From assembly GCF_009914755.1 (NCBI RefSeq), contig NC_060936.1: 64,000 bases of DNA. One strand, 5' to 3'. Of the stretch, positions 39,413 to 54,057 are shown piece after piece; position 1 is the first letter of the stretch, and every line of letters begins with the position of its first letter. Made by a program: the position numbers and the translations under genes. The notes beneath the pieces are model-generated. The model was not told the origin of the DNA and made no database searches. It saw nothing but the letters and a program-made list of their open reading frames with translations. The stretch comes from the human T2T-CHM13v2.0 reference genome, Homo sapiens.

Positions 39413-39929
39413 TGTGGAAGTGGAATTCTAAGACAGATCCCAAGATTCTCACTCCTCAGTGTCTGCGTCCTGTGTGATCCAATTCCCTTAAGTGTGGGTG
39501 GGACTTTTGAATATGATGGGATAACCAGTCCTGTCATTACATTCTGGCAGAAGTTAGGAAGATTCTCCTGCTGGCTTTGAAGAAAACAGCTGCCTTGAGA
39601 GGACCAGGTGGCTAGGGCCTGAGGGCGATCTCTGGGAGCTGACAGTGACCCCTGCCAACAGCTAGCATGAACCTGGGGCCTCAGTCCTACAACCACAAGT
39701 TACTGAATTCTACCAACGTTGTGAATGAACTTTGGAAGAGGACCCTGAGCTCCAGCTGAGAGCCACAGCATGGCTAACATCTTGATTTCAGTCTTGTGAG
39801 ACCCTGAGCAGAGAACCTGGGATTGCCATGCCAAGATTTCTGATCTACAGAAAGTGTGAAATAATAAATGGATGTTGCAAGCTGCTGAGTGTGTGGGAAT
39901 TTGTTACACTGCAAAAGAAAACTAATATG
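39413..39929 (+). mobile_element. MLT1D/E-like MaLR solo LTR
   Basis: cagtcctacaaccacaag..ctgaattctaccaac..gtgagaccctgagcagagaacc; 5-bp TSD TGCCC (39408-39412, 39930-39934). Confidence 0.85.
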
Positions 39930-40151
39930 TGCCCTTTCTACCAGGCTCTGCTGGACCCATACTCGGGTGACAGCTAATTCAGCTTCTGTATGCTCATCCA
40001 TCAGATACTGGCCCAGAATGCTGGGGCAATACCTTTTTAAAGAGGAACTAATAATGCTTGCCTTTCCTACCTGAAAGAGTAGCTGGGAAGTTCATCTGAA
40101 ATGGTGAACACAAATGTTCCTATGGAACACAAAGTGCTATACGACGGTGAT

Positions 40152-40537
40152 TGTATTAGTCCATTCTCACACTGCTGTAAAGAACTACTTGAAACTGGGA
40201 ACTTCATGAAGAAAAGACGGGTGATTGACTCACAGTTCTGCAGGCTGTACAGGAAGGATGGCTGGGGAGGCCTCAGGAAACTTACAATCATGGCCGAAGG
40301 TGAAGGGGAAGCAGGCACATCTTACCATGGTGGAGAAGGAGAGAGAGAAAGAACGAGGGGGGAAGTGCCACGCACTTTTAAACCATCAGATCTTGTGAGG
40401 ACTCACTCACTATCAGGAGAACAGCATGGGGAAATCCATCCCCAGGATCCAAACACCTCGCACCAGGTTCCTCCCCCAACATTGGGAATTACAATTCAAC
40501 ATGTTATTTATGTGGGGACACAGAGACAAGCATATCA
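40152..40537 (-). mobile_element. MSTA/THE1-type MaLR solo LTR
   Basis: TGTATTAGTCCATTCTCACACTGCT..ggaggcctcaggaaacttacaatcatgg..catatCA; perfect TSD GTGAT. Confidence 0.9.
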
Positions 40538-41572
40538 GTGATACTCAAAATGTTAAACAACCAGTTCAGCGCGAGGGGCAACTGATCAGAAAGGATATGG
40601 TCACATCGATTACCTGGAAATATTTCTTGTAGGGCAGATGTAAAAGATAGTTCCAGGTTCAAATATTGATGTATGAAAGCCTGGGGCGTGGTCAGGCCAG
40701 GGGGAGGTCAAGTTTATAAAGGAAGCTCCTCCATCAACATTCTCCTCTGTATGTCTCAAAGTTTTGCCTTCACACCTATTTTCTTTAAATTCTCTCATAT
40801 TTTCAACAAACATCACATCAACATATCCTTCTAAAATTTGTGAAAAATACTCCACTTTTAGAGAATGTGTTCTAAATGTTTATGCTCTCCCAAATTCTGA
40901 GAAACAATGGTACCATTAGCTCTTCCCTGAGTCTGCTCAAGAAAAACAAAATAGAGAGATTATTTAATGCTGAAATGTATACTATTGAATGAGAAATGAG
41001 AGGTTGTTTCTTTTGAAGTGTCATTCACATGGATTCAATTTGACTGTGTAGATGCAAATTTTGACCTTCAACATCTACCTTTTTCCTGCAGATATTTTGC
41101 TTTTTTTCCCTGCAGGTATTTTTGTATTGTTTCCTAGGCTCAAGCTGCCCAAAGTGTCTCAGTTGCTTTAGTAGCCTAATTGTGCAGTGGCATATTTAAA
41201 AGTCATTATTTTCATCATCTATTAAATGTAGCCCAGAACAGTTTAAAAAATTGGGTGAGGCATTTTTGCAAAAGCATTTATGATGTGGGCTGCCAAGGAA
41301 TGTGCAGCTGCAGGAGCTTCTTTCTCTAATCTCGGACTTTTACTTGAAAATGTATTAAGGGTGGATACCTGTGAAGAGGAACCAATTTGATCTCCCAAGT
41401 ATTGCGCCCATTGGAGAGTGAGACACACCTTGTTTGAACATACTGACTCTATTGTTCCCAGGAAGTGTTAGTTGTTACAAAATAGCCCTTTTATATTGAA
41501 AGGAACTGCTTTACCTTGGATAGCATCTGTTATCTTGCTAATTCTTAACATCTTTGAAGAGTGGATCCTGAG

Positions 41573-41951
41573 CAGTGGTGAATTGGTAAATGTTTAACAA
41601 CAGGCTTGGTGGTAGGGAGTACCCTGATTTGTTGCATTTGCCAATTTCCTTGGTGTAAATACTCCTACCATAACCAATTTCAAGCTATCAAAGTTAGGTC
41701 ACTGAATGTAGAGTTGGGAATAAATGTGCAGTGATACACCATCATATAATTTTTTTTTTACCATACAGATACAATAGACATACATAATCCCAGGAGTAAA
41801 GGTAACAGTAAAATGGAGTGAAATAATTAGGAAGTGATGATCTTTGACAATTTGTTGCCTTCCTTTGTAATATAATTTATTTAATTGTAATTTTGTCTCA
41901 TTTAAACTTCAATAATGGCCATGGTTAACAACCAGCTCCAGTACACCACTG
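41573..41951. mobile_element. MER63-like hAT MITE
   Basis: TIRs CAGTGGTG / CACCACTG; 8-bp TSD ATCCTGAG/AGCCTGAG. Confidence 0.8.
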
Positions 41952-43148
41952 AGCCTGAGTCGAGAGGATTAATGTTGCTGGATGATAATAACACTGAAGT
42001 CATTCTGCTTTATTTTTGATGGAGACACCAAAAATCCAAGAATAAGGCAAGACATTCCAAGTACCCCATATTAAAATGTGGAATGCTAGGCCACCTGAGT
42101 GGGACTTGCAAAGGCTATGACCAAGTTGGTCAGCATCATCTTCCAGTTGAAGTTGAGTTCGAAGAGGTAGGGAGAGAATTTCCATGGGAAAAAATTGTTG
42201 GATTGTACTTCAATACAAGTAACAGGAACTTCAAGAGGACCTCTAAGAAAATTATATGTACCACTTGGAGTGTAGGAACATATGGACTGGATCTGAGACC
42301 CAGTAAGAACAGTAAGGGTAAAGTCTATGGCTGTGACCACAGCACTGTGTCTGGTCACAAAATAAGGAAGCCTGCAGTGGGAGCAAACTTCACCTTCATT
42401 GATAACGAGCAAAGGAAGCTCAGGTCAAAGGGAGCCACCATGGGGCTGCCTTAAAAGGGATCCTACCCAAGAGGTTAAGTGCTCTAGCAGAACAATGGGA
42501 CCCTAACAATGAAGTAAGCACCCAAAAGTCCTCCAAAGAGACAATGTTAATCGGACAGCTATGTCAAGGTGGTGGCAGTCAGAGACCACTGGCCAAGGAT
42601 CACTAACGAGCCAGCAATAGCCTTGCCTGGGAGAAAGAACCAACTTTGGAGTATCTACCTTCCTAGGGGCCACCAACGCCATGTTGCAGCTCCTCCTTTC
42701 ATCTCCTCTATAACTTGATGTACCCTCCAAGGGTCAGAAACACCAGCTAGAGCGAAGAGGAGGGGAGAAAGGAAGTGAAGAAGGGGAATAAAATAGCAAT
42801 GCCCATGACCCACTAAAGTTTACATGGAAAGCTCTAAATTGAATAAAGTTTGGTTACAGTGTGCTGGACTTTGTGATGATTACACTGGATCATTTTAAAT
42901 GCCCAAATGAAGGAACTATTTGTTTATTACCCAAGAACAATGGGAAAAACTAGAGAAATTGCCCAATATTTCATCTGGGGGAGGGGAGGGAAGCAATCCA
43001 GAAATCAAATTTGCAGAACAGTGTAAAAACAAAGGTAGAAGTTTGGATTCTCCTTATAACCTATTGATGCAAAATCAGTCAATAAACAAATACAACTATA
43101 TTTTTGGAAGATTTTCTGAATGCATTAAGTACTTTAAAACCCTTACCT

Positions 43149-43320
43149 GGCCAGGTACGGTGGCTGATGCCTGTAATCTCAACACTTTGGGAAACCAGGG
43201 CTGGAAGACAGCTTGAGGCCAGGAGGTCAAGACCAGCCTGGGCAACATAGCAAGACCCTGCATCTTAAAAAAAAGAAAGAAAGAAAGAAGAAAAAGAAAA
43301 GAAACAAAAGAGAAAAAAAC
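43149..43320 (+). mobile_element. FLAM-type Alu monomer with A/GAAA tail
   Basis: ggccaggtacggtggct..ctgggcaacatagcaagaccc. Confidence 0.85.
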
Positions 43321-44589
43321 CCTAACCAATTGCTACTTAAATGAAAGATGAAGATAAGTCATAGGGCCTTTTCAAGTGAAAACTACAATAAGAACTTAGA
43401 AACATTTTTTGGAATTAAATATAAATATTTCACAAGGAATCTTGTGATTGGGTGCCAAACTTGTCCTCCTTAATTCCAATTCATAAATCTTCCCAAAAAG
43501 ATAATAGAAAAGATAAGCTGCCTTATGAAAGTTAGAGTGAATATCACTTCCCATAGGCTGTCTAAATACTAACATAGTAAGGAACTAAAAATTATTTTGA
43601 TAATTATTTACATAATAATTTTCAACTACAGAGCACCAAACAACTGCTTTCTTCTAAATTACCAAACTTACTTTTTGTTCGGAACTGTACAAAGTGCACA
43701 GCCACCAAATTCTTTTTAAAAGGTATTTCAACTTTTACCTACTCAAATTCATGAATGTAAAAGTAATTGTAGAGTGGTGGGTTATTTTGGGGGATGGGCT
43801 GGGAGTAAGTGGAAAAACTCTCAAGTTCCATGAAATAGCTTTACGTCTGTTCCAATTTACTACTAGAAATTATATGGACAACAATGATTAAGCCCAGAAA
43901 AGTCAATGAGGTTACTAGGCAAGGAGGCCACACACTCTCTTCCCAAGAGGGGTAGGTTACCAGGCTGCAGCCTCTACTCAGACCATATTGTCTAAAGAAA
44001 GAAGCAGTTTTCTTTTAACAGTCATACAGCAAAAGAAGCAAAAAAGAGGACATAGGAAAAATGATACAACACTGTTAGGTCCCTTTCAATTTGCAAATCC
44101 TCTGTTCTGTAATGGACATGCAGACTGGAATGCCCATGGGGACTGGGAAAATTGAAGAAAAGAAAAAGGAAAGCAGGCAGTTATGAGAAAAGACTACAAC
44201 ACAAACACTGTGGTAAATAGCTTTTGGCACTCCGTCAGTGTCAGGGAGCAACAGGGAGCAACAGAAAGTGAGGAGGAGTGCGGTGAACTGTAGACGATGC
44301 CGCAGTCAGTGCTTGCTGACTGTGCCAAGTGACAAAGTGAATCCAGCAGCTACGGTCATCCAAGTTTTGTAACACCCTGGTTTTTTCAATGTTGCCAACT
44401 AATTTTAAAAATTGAAAACACTGTGTTGACTAACTCAAACATGGGTGCTGTATGAGCTATGGTATGTGACCAAAGTATTTTTCATCCAATATTAATAATA
44501 ATAATAATTCAATATTGTTCAGATTCTTTTATAATGCTTACTAGTGCCTGGAACTAAGTTCTTCACATGTATTAACTCTTTTAATTCAG

Positions 44590-46813
44590 ACAAATACATA
44601 ACATCATATTAACCAAGAGTCCAATGTAAATTTCATGGCCAACTATATCGATTTCAGTTGTATATTTGGGGGCCAGAGAAAGGACCACTGGAGGAGGGGT
44701 AGTCTGCTGTCCCAGTGGACCCAAACCAGGACCCCATTTCATACTTGGCCCCCATGTGACCACATGCTAACCAGGAGACAAGGCACTGCTTTGGGTCTCT
44801 GCACCTCAATGTCCCCTTTCTTAGTAAATGGACACCAGCATCTTCAGGGAAGTAAAGGGCAGTCATTATTGTGTTCATTTGCTAAGCTATTGGAAGGTCC
44901 TCCCTCCTGGGGACTTTGCTTCTTCAGTCACTGAGTACCAGGTTGAAAAACTGGCTTAGGTTCAGAAACATTTTGCTGGGGTGACTGCCCTCAGCCTCCT
45001 GATCATTCATCCTTCAGTTCTTTTGATTTTATGGATTGAGCAGTACCCTTGCTGGCTGCCCATCTATTTTGCCCTCAGGGACACTGTATTCTACTAACAA
45101 TTCCATAACATTCTTGTCAGAGACCCCTCTCACTGCCTTTATGACATTGCCCCTGATTGGATCATCATGTCCACCTTGTGGTCTTATCACCCCCATTGCT
45201 ATGAGGGATGGCATCTCCTACCATCCGCCCTAACCTACAGGGCACAGCCACCACTGAACTTCCTAGGGATGCTGATGCCCCTCTTAATAGCAAAACCCTC
45301 GTTGCTTGGCAAATAGTGCTTCCCTTCCTCCCAAGCCTCCTGCGGATCAAGGGCCTCTGGTGGTTTTCTGGCCTTACACAGTATACTCACTCCAACATGT
45401 CAATTTCCTTGAGCTTTGAAACCCCTTCTCATGCCATCTATCATGGCAATTCTGGCAGGTATACACATGTCTGCTTAGTGCTCTGTTACTTTTTCTAGGA
45501 GTCATCTTATAGTGTATTTGTACCATTCCCAGGGTCCTTGCCAAGGTGTTTAATTCTATATCCTGGGTAAATTCTCCCTTTCTAACTTTACATTTCACCA
45601 CTGTTGATCAAGCATTCACAGAATCCAGACCTGTGGACCCTCATCTGGCTCCTGCCAGTTTGCCAGCTCTTTGGAGTCTAGTCCCTTTCCTCTCATGTCA
45701 GGTTCAACACATCCTCAGCTGGGTGAAAGGGAGGGAATCCTAGCTATGGGCCCAGCAAGTAGCAAGGGAATGTGCTAGTCCTTAACTGGGAAGAGTATGC
45801 CCCTTGTTCAGGCTCAGTAGGTTCAGGGAGGTCTGCGAATTCACTTCCTTCCTTCCTTCCTTCTTTTCATTTTTCTTTCATTCTTTCCTTTGTTCTTTCT
45901 TTCCTTTTGTTTTTGTTTTTTTGGACACAGAGTTTTGCCAGGTCACCTAGGCTAACGCGCAGAAATGCGATCACAGCTCACCGCAGCCTCAACCTCATGG
46001 ACTTAAGTGATCTTCCCACTTCAGCCTCCCAGTAGCTGGGACCATAGTTGCGTGCCACCATGCCTGCCTAATTTTGTTTATTTTTTGTAGGGATGAGGTC
46101 TTATTATATTGTCCAGCCTCATCTCGAACACCTGGGTTCAAGTGATTCTCCCATCTTGGCCTCGCAAAGTTCTGGGATTTACAGGCATGAGCCACTGCAC
46201 CCAGCAGTCTGTGAGTTCTTGATTCTCATGCACACTAATCCAGATGTCCCATCCATTGCCAGAATCACTCCCCTGCTCCCACCCAGTCAGGGCCCTGACC
46301 TTGGCATAAGGGATCTGCCGTGCTTGAGAGCTTAACCTTTTGAGCTCTGCTACTACAGGGACAAAGTCCTGCATCTGAACCTCAGCTTTCTCTGCCTTCA
46401 CTCCACAAGGTGAGAGCCTCTCTGTGCTACCAAAGACACTCTTTCTGGCTTTCACATTTAGCTTTTAGTCAATTTTAGCTTTTTTGTCAACTAGTTACTT
46501 TTGTTTTTTTGTCATAATTTTTTTTTCAGAGCATTAATCATGCTTAGGAATGGCAAACCAATTCCATCAGCCTCTGTTTACTTTTTCCCACACCTTTCTC
46601 AAACTCCACACCAGGTAATACTTTCACTTCCATGGGTCACCAGTAAGTACATCATCCCAGTTCACCACTGGCAGAAGTGTTAACCATTGCATTGCTACTT
46701 TGTACTAGAGGTTGCCTGGCCACCACCTACCCCAGTGACAGGATTTGAATTGCCAGTCAAGACCTCCAAATTCCACCCCAGGATCTGCCTTCTTAACCAT
46801 TCCTGATGCCAAT
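44590..46813 (-). mobile_element. Decayed ERV-L (HERV16-like) internal region: PBS, gag and start of pro
   Basis: Minus-strand peptides VAELKRLSSQARQIPYAKVRAL..WDIW, LLRGASASLGSSVVAV, VPEGKIDGQPARVLL and GPLGQQT..PVVLS..EIDIV resemble ERV-L gag/pro; PBS-like TGGCATCAGGAATGG at 46797-46811. Confidence 0.8.
45845..46205 (-). mobile_element. AluJ with (TTCC)/(TTTC) tail inserted in ERV-L gag
   Basis: Antisense diverged dimer. Confidence 0.88.
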
Positions 46814-47260
46814 TGTCACTGGTTGAGTTCCCCAGGAGGTAGCCTATGAAATGGAAATTAGAGGTCAAGTTTATTATGAAGCCTCTAAGGAACTCTACCT
46901 GCAGAAGAGAAGAGGCAAAAGCAGGATTGCGCAAAGGGAGAATCAAGCTGTGATGCAGTCTCAACCAACACTGCAGCTGACTCTACAGGGATCTCTGAAG
47001 CTGGGATGACCTCTGTAGCTGTGTTGTCCTGAGCTGGGGTGAGAGGTTGGCCTTTCTACACCAACACTGATCAGTCATTGGATGCAAGCATCTTGGAAAA
47101 GGGGCATGACCTTGGGTGAGGCAGCTGTCTTCAGCCAACACAATCCCCATAGAGAGCTGACAGCTGAGGGCTCTGTGCTGGCAGTGCTCCCAGCAGCTAG
47201 GAGAGTATGTCCTTCATCCCTGAAAGGGGTTCTGGGTGGTGCATCCCAGTGTTCACCACA
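46814..47260 (-). mobile_element. LTR16-family LTR (5' LTR of the ERV-L remnant)
   Basis: TG..CA ends; gcaggattg..agggagaa..gctgtgatgcagtctcaa..cagtcattggatgc..tgaccttgggtgaggcagct. Confidence 0.8.
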
Positions 47261-48334
47261 CCCGGTATTCAAGGCTCTCTTAGCCAGATATTCCTGGCTT
47301 GGTGAATCACTTTCTGCAAAGGTGAATATTAACATTAAACATTTGCAGATAATAGCTAAATAATACTGCGGTCCTGGATTTTACTCCCCAGGTAAACTTT
47401 AGACTTCATCTCCCAGGACCCTCTGTCATTCTTGGCGTTCCCTATTCACACCAGTGTTCTCTAAACCCACAACTCAGGGACAGGACTCTGTGTCTTTGGG
47501 AACACCAGGTCCTAAGGCTGAAATTGCCTTTCTTCCTTTTCCTTCTGGCTAACTCCTGGTTGCCTTTTAATGCCTGCCTTAAATGTTACCTCCACTGTGA
47601 CACTTTCATCTAGTCCCCGATTACAGCTTTTTGCAACTTTCCTTTTGTTCCTACAAGCATCTGATAGTATAGGACTTAGCAGGGCATATTCTTAACACTA
47701 TGAGCTAAACTTCACAGCTAGACTTCACCTTGATTGAAATCTTACTTCTGACGTTTTGGAGTTATGGAACCTCGAGTAAGTTAGTTACCTTATCCCAGCC
47801 TCAGTTTTCTTATCTGTAAAAGAGGGATCTATCTCATTAGTGTTATTGTGGGGATTAAATGAGTTAAAATGAGAAAACCACTTTAAACTGTGCAATGCAC
47901 ATAAGGTATGCTACACATCTTTGCCATTGCCTTACTGTAACTGTTATACCTTGGACCTCATTAGTTGGCTGGTCAGGAGCAAGGACAATTTCTTATTTGG
48001 CCTTAAACAGCCAATTATTAGCGCAGTGACTGGCACAGAGAAGATAACAATAAACATTCACTGAGTAAAGTCGGTATTTATTTAAGATCTACAAATCGAG
48101 CACCAGGATAACAAGCTAATAATGTGATATGTTGTAGCCTTGAAGAAATTTACGTATGTTTTTCTTTGTGATGGCAGTGTTAAACCAGTGTTTCCCAAAG
48201 TGTCTTCAATGGAACACTGGTTCTGCAAAATTATCCACAAAAATGAATTCAGTGGTCAAATATGCTTGGGAAATGGTACCCATACTACTGGATTCACATT
48301 AGCATATTAAGGTCTCTACAAAGTTCTCGAGATA

Positions 48335-49205
48335 TGTGGTGGTTTTAATATATACTCACAAATTCTTTGACACTTCTCCCTCCAATAATTGGAGTTTATT
48401 TCCCTTCCCATTGCATATAGGCTAAACTTAGTGACTGAATTCTAGTGAATAGATTGTGATAGAAATGACAGTGTGTGACTCCCAAGACTAGGTTATAAAA
48501 GGCATGGCAGCCCCCTCCTTGCTCTCTCTTGGTCCCTCACTCTGGGAGAAGCCAGTTGCTATGTCTCAAAGAGAAGCCCACATGGCAAAGAATGAATGCC
48601 TCTGCCAACAGCCACAAGAGTGCACTATCCTGGAAGTGGATCGTCCATACCCACTGTAAAGTGAAGTAAATATGGCCTGAGGACTCCTTACGTCTATATT
48701 TGAGTCCTTGTGAATGAACCATAACCTAACTCAATAGGAAAACAGAAGATTGAGAACTTAAGTTAGGAGTATGTGCCTGTAACAATAGCTGAGTCTTGGT
48801 CAATCCCAGCAGCCGTACTTCAACCATTCATCACCACTGAGTGTTCAAACTGTGTTCAAATAAGGCAAATGCTGACCTGTAACCAGTTCAGCTGTTTCTG
48901 CACCTCACTTCCGATTTCTGTACGTTACTTGACTTTTTTTGTCTATAAATTTGTTCTGACCATGAGGCATCCCTGGAGTTTCTCTGAATCTGCTGTGATT
49001 CTGGGGGCTGCCTGATTCCCAAATCATTCATTACTCAATTAAACTCCTTTAAGTTTAATTCGGTTGAACACCACTCAAGCCTTCAGATGATTGTGGTCTT
49101 GTAAGGCATCTTGACTACAACCTCATGAGAGTCTTCCAGCCAGAACCATCCAGTTAAGATGCTAAATTTGGGAGGAATTTTTATGTAGCAATAGATAATG
49201 AATGT
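48335..49205 (+). mobile_element. MLT1F/E-like MaLR LTR split by MER57
   Basis: cacaaattctttgacact..cactctgggagaagccagttgc..ggaagtggatc | tcaagccttcagatga..gccagaaccatccag. Confidence 0.75.
48655..49070 (+). mobile_element. MER57-type ERV1 solo LTR
   Basis: aaatatggcctgag..tatatttgagtccttgtg..gtgttcaaataaggcaaa..cctcacttccgatttctgtacg; perfect 4-bp TSD CCAC (48651-48654, 49071-49074). Confidence 0.88.
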
Positions 49206-52200
49206 ATAATGAAACATGTTTAACTTTATATAGTTCAATGTTTGACCCAGGACACTGATCCCACATTATACCTATTAATACTGTGGCCCATTCTTTTGTT
49301 AGAATGTTGAAAATCACTATATAATTAAATTTTATCAAGTTTCCCTGAAGCTCTGTTTTAAATCTTTTAGAAATAACCATTTAAAAAATCATTCTATACT
49401 TGATATCTTAAAATATGAAAACACTGTCATACTATAACCTCTATGCTTTCTAAATATCAGATTTGACATCTTTGTTCTACTTAAATACCACCTTCTCCTT
49501 TAAGAATAATTTCACCTTTGTTAACCAGAGATTCATGTGTGGTTTTAAAATATGTAGCAGGTTTTATTATTTAGGTGCATTTTAATGTGCCTCATTTAAA
49601 TTAATTTCTATCACATTCAAATTAAGCATTAAATATTTTATCTAAAATGAAAGAATTTGAGAATTTCCTGAAAGTGATTCTTTTCCCTCAAAAGGAAAAT
49701 CTTTCCAGCTTAATGTTATTGCTACATCAGCTCTTTAAAAACTCACTTAAAAATACGTTTATATCTCTAAATAAATAATAGAATCAGTGGTGCAGGCTTT
49801 GTTTTGGTATATTCAGATCTATGTCTATAAATATTCAAAGCACACTGCTGTTAATCAGTATTTTCCTTGGGTGGTTTATCAGAATTTGAGGTTATACCAT
49901 AACAAGCTAGCTTTCAAGTTCAATGCAGTTAGTATTGCATTTGTTTAATTATAGCGTTTTAGACATTCCAATTTCCTCTATGAGTTTGCATGCAGAGAAG
50001 TCCTTTGAAGCTCAAATACTTAGCCACCTCCTTACTCTAAGGAAGTTTGGAGAGTGCACAGATTTTTCATCAGTTAAAGGAAAGCAGACTTTTTTGTTGT
50101 TGTTTGTTTGTTTGTTTGTTTTTTAACCATTGCGTGGGTTAAGGGAAGAGCTGGACAGAGAAGCAGGATGGGAGGAACTGGGCATCTTTCTCTGTGCCTG
50201 AGCCACAGCTTCTCAATCCATCTTCATCATTTTCTTTGAAGTGAATACCAGACCCCCAGACACACCAATTTTCAAATGGAAGACTCAAACACATTCCAAA
50301 GCCAAATGTAAAGAAATTTAAGTTTCACGGCTGTTTTACATTAACCTAATCTGTGATCTTCCCAAATAGTTTGAATAATCATGAAGACCTAAGTGACAGA
50401 TGAAGCCTGTGATTTCCTTATAGTTGGTTAACTTTATTGAGTTACTATTCTTCAGTATCACAGCCAAAATAAGAAAAATTGGTATAATAAAATTTATGGC
50501 TCTGGGCTTCAGAATTGCACGAATTCTAAAATAAACACTAATAGAAATTAGTTAAACACAGTGTTAGACTCCTTACATACATTACCTCTCTTTATGTTCA
50601 AATCAGTCCTTAAAGATGGAAAGTATTTCTAGCTCCATTTTCCAGAAAGGAAACTGAGTCCCTGAGGAGTAATTTGTATCAGAGATTATAACTAATGATT
50701 ATTATTGGAAATAGATTTGTCTTGATATCAAAATCACAAATAACTAGAGGAATCATTATTTTAACCCTATTACCATAATGTTTGCCCATTTAAACTAAAA
50801 AGTTCTGCTTATAGGCTATCCTTTAATTGGTAGAAGTACTATATATAATAACAGATTTCAGTATGAAGACAGAAGTTGCCATTTGCTTAAAAGATTTTAT
50901 CTGCTTTCCTGTTGTACCTTGAAGTATATCAGGTATATCAATTCTACAATCAACTATGATAATTAGGGGGACAACAAATGCCCCACAGGGAGCATTTTCT
51001 AGTGATTATATCATAGATACATAATAATATCTTTATAAGCTAAGCAGGAAAACATTCTGAGAAGCATATTGTTCAGGTCAGTGATTTTAAAAGAATTCCA
51101 TAGGATGAATAGCCCCTCTGTCAGAATAAAAGTTGTGGCACAAATTCCATTATAATTCTCTTTTCTCAGTCACTTGGAACTTTCTCAAAAAATTTCTTTC
51201 CAAGTGAAACTGTCCCTGGTGACTGCCTTCCAAATGTGATTTTTTTTTTTTTTTTTTTTTTTTTAGTAAAAGGAAAATTTGTTTTTTCATCTAAGAAGAA
51301 AATAGTTATTCAGTCACTTTTTTCAAAGGCTTTTAAGTATAAATACCTCAAAATGCAAATTGTTAAATAATTAAAATTTTATGTAAAATTAGGCAGCATT
51401 TAATTATTGTTCTTCTTGTTATAGCATATGAGAAATTAGGAAACTCATCTAGAATTTTCCAGAGTTCAATAAATTGCTTACCATATTGAAAAATTGGAGT
51501 AAAAGCAAGACTGGCTTTATAGAGCTATAGTTGGATTGAACTTGACTAAACACTTGATTAAGGTTTAATTCACAGTGATTTATCCACATAACCTGTCATG
51601 GAGTCAAGATAAAACCTCACAGGCCTTTCTGTTCAAACGACATTAAGGCCTGTAGCAAAGCTGACAAAGCTGTCTTGTTGTTCGTCTCTATGCCTTTAAT
51701 GATTTGCCTTTGTTAAAGGAAATATTCTTTAAGTTGAACTTAGCAGCTCCCTAGGATCTACAGATGCCAAGGTCTTCTTCAGCCTTAAGGCTGAACAACT
51801 GAATATCTCCACCCCTGCACCCTTCCTAACCTGAGAATACAGAACGCTTGACTTTTTGCATCTGAATTTATCCTCATGTTGTTCACACAAGTACAGTGCC
51901 AGAAAACGTTATAAGGTAGGCACACAATAGACTTCACTATTTCAAGGAGTATTTCACCTGCAAAATCTGTTGAACTACACATTGTCAGATATTATTCAGA
52001 AAGAAGAAAAGTCATTTTGTACCATGTAAAATATAAGAAATATTAACCAGCAAATAAATTCATAAAACTTTAAGTCAGCAATGTTCTGATCATCTGAGCA
52101 TATGTTTATGCCTGGCAACAGAACTCTAACACTAGCTTGTGCTGGACACTGTTGAGACACTTTATAAGCAATAAAGATCAAATGTGATAGTAAATTAGAT

Positions 52201-52491
52201 ATTGTTTTGGAGAAAGTGATTTGATTGCAAGTCACAAAAAAATAAAAAGCATATTAAATAAGCTGCAAATGTCTGTCTTAAGTTTAAGAAATCTGAAGGC
52301 AGTTGATCCTGGCTGGAATGGTTTTCCCAAATGGCAAAAGTTTGCCTCCTTCCAGGTGGTTGTCTTGTCGTGTGAAGCCTGCTTTTCAAGATCACTTCAT
52401 GTTCAAAGATGGCTGCTGAGGCTCCAGACATCACATCTCTGTTTCAGTCTACGTGAGGAAGATGCTAAAAAGGGCATGCATTGTATCATGA

Positions 52492-52900
<409 letters not shown>

Positions 52901-53569
52901 AGAAATGTCTTTATTCTTGAAGGCCATATGTGCAGCTAAAACTCAGGGGTTTACCTTGTTGAGGAAGAATGGATATTTGAGGCAAAACTAAATTTCAGCC
53001 CCGCATATGATTAATGAATACAATAAAATTGTATAAAGTTACAGCAATTACAAAATAGGTGGAGCAGGAGAAAACCTGGTAAAGACTGAGATATTTGAAT
53101 TAGATGGAACAAGAACATAAAAATCAATTATTGTGGAACATTTCCTTTTGTGCATCACTCTCACAAGATCTTCCCAAGGTCTTTAAGCTTAAACATCTTA
53201 AAAGTTAAGATCTGGCTTAAAAGTTGTATCTGCACATTCTAAACCAAAGTTGATACTTGGCAATTAATGAGTAAATTCAGATTGTATAGTTAGCAGTCTA
53301 AAGGTTGAAAAAAATTCCATGTTGAATCAAGAATTGCCCTGGTTGCCACTGTATGGTGTGTTTATGCTTAAATATTTATGATCTCCTAGAAAGATCTTAT
53401 TCCTAAGAAAATACGAATAATGTCATCCTTGCTATTTAGTACTTGGCTCTAGTGTACATTGCTCAAATATTTTAACAACCTAAAGTTCTCATTTTTTCCC
53501 TACAGTTTTTTCTGTTTAAACAAGAGAGAAAATGATTTAGTTCATTTCAATATAAAAATACAATGTAGA

Positions 53570-53870
<301 letters not shown>

Positions 53871-54057
53871 AAATAGAATATTTAAAAATGCAGGTGATAC
53901 TAATGAAACACATAACGAGTGCAAGATACCTACTTCAAAGGATTGTCATGAGGATTAATGAATTTATGTAAGTATGCTTAGTTTTAAGCTAATATTACTT
54001 TAATTTTTAAAATATTCACAAAATGTTATATACAATTACACATAAAAACATATTTTA

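Noticed and set aside
42040-42900. Possible ancient LTR or coding segment (123-aa and 108-aa ORFs)
   Set aside because: No motif I can assign with confidence; needs a Dfam or BLAST search.
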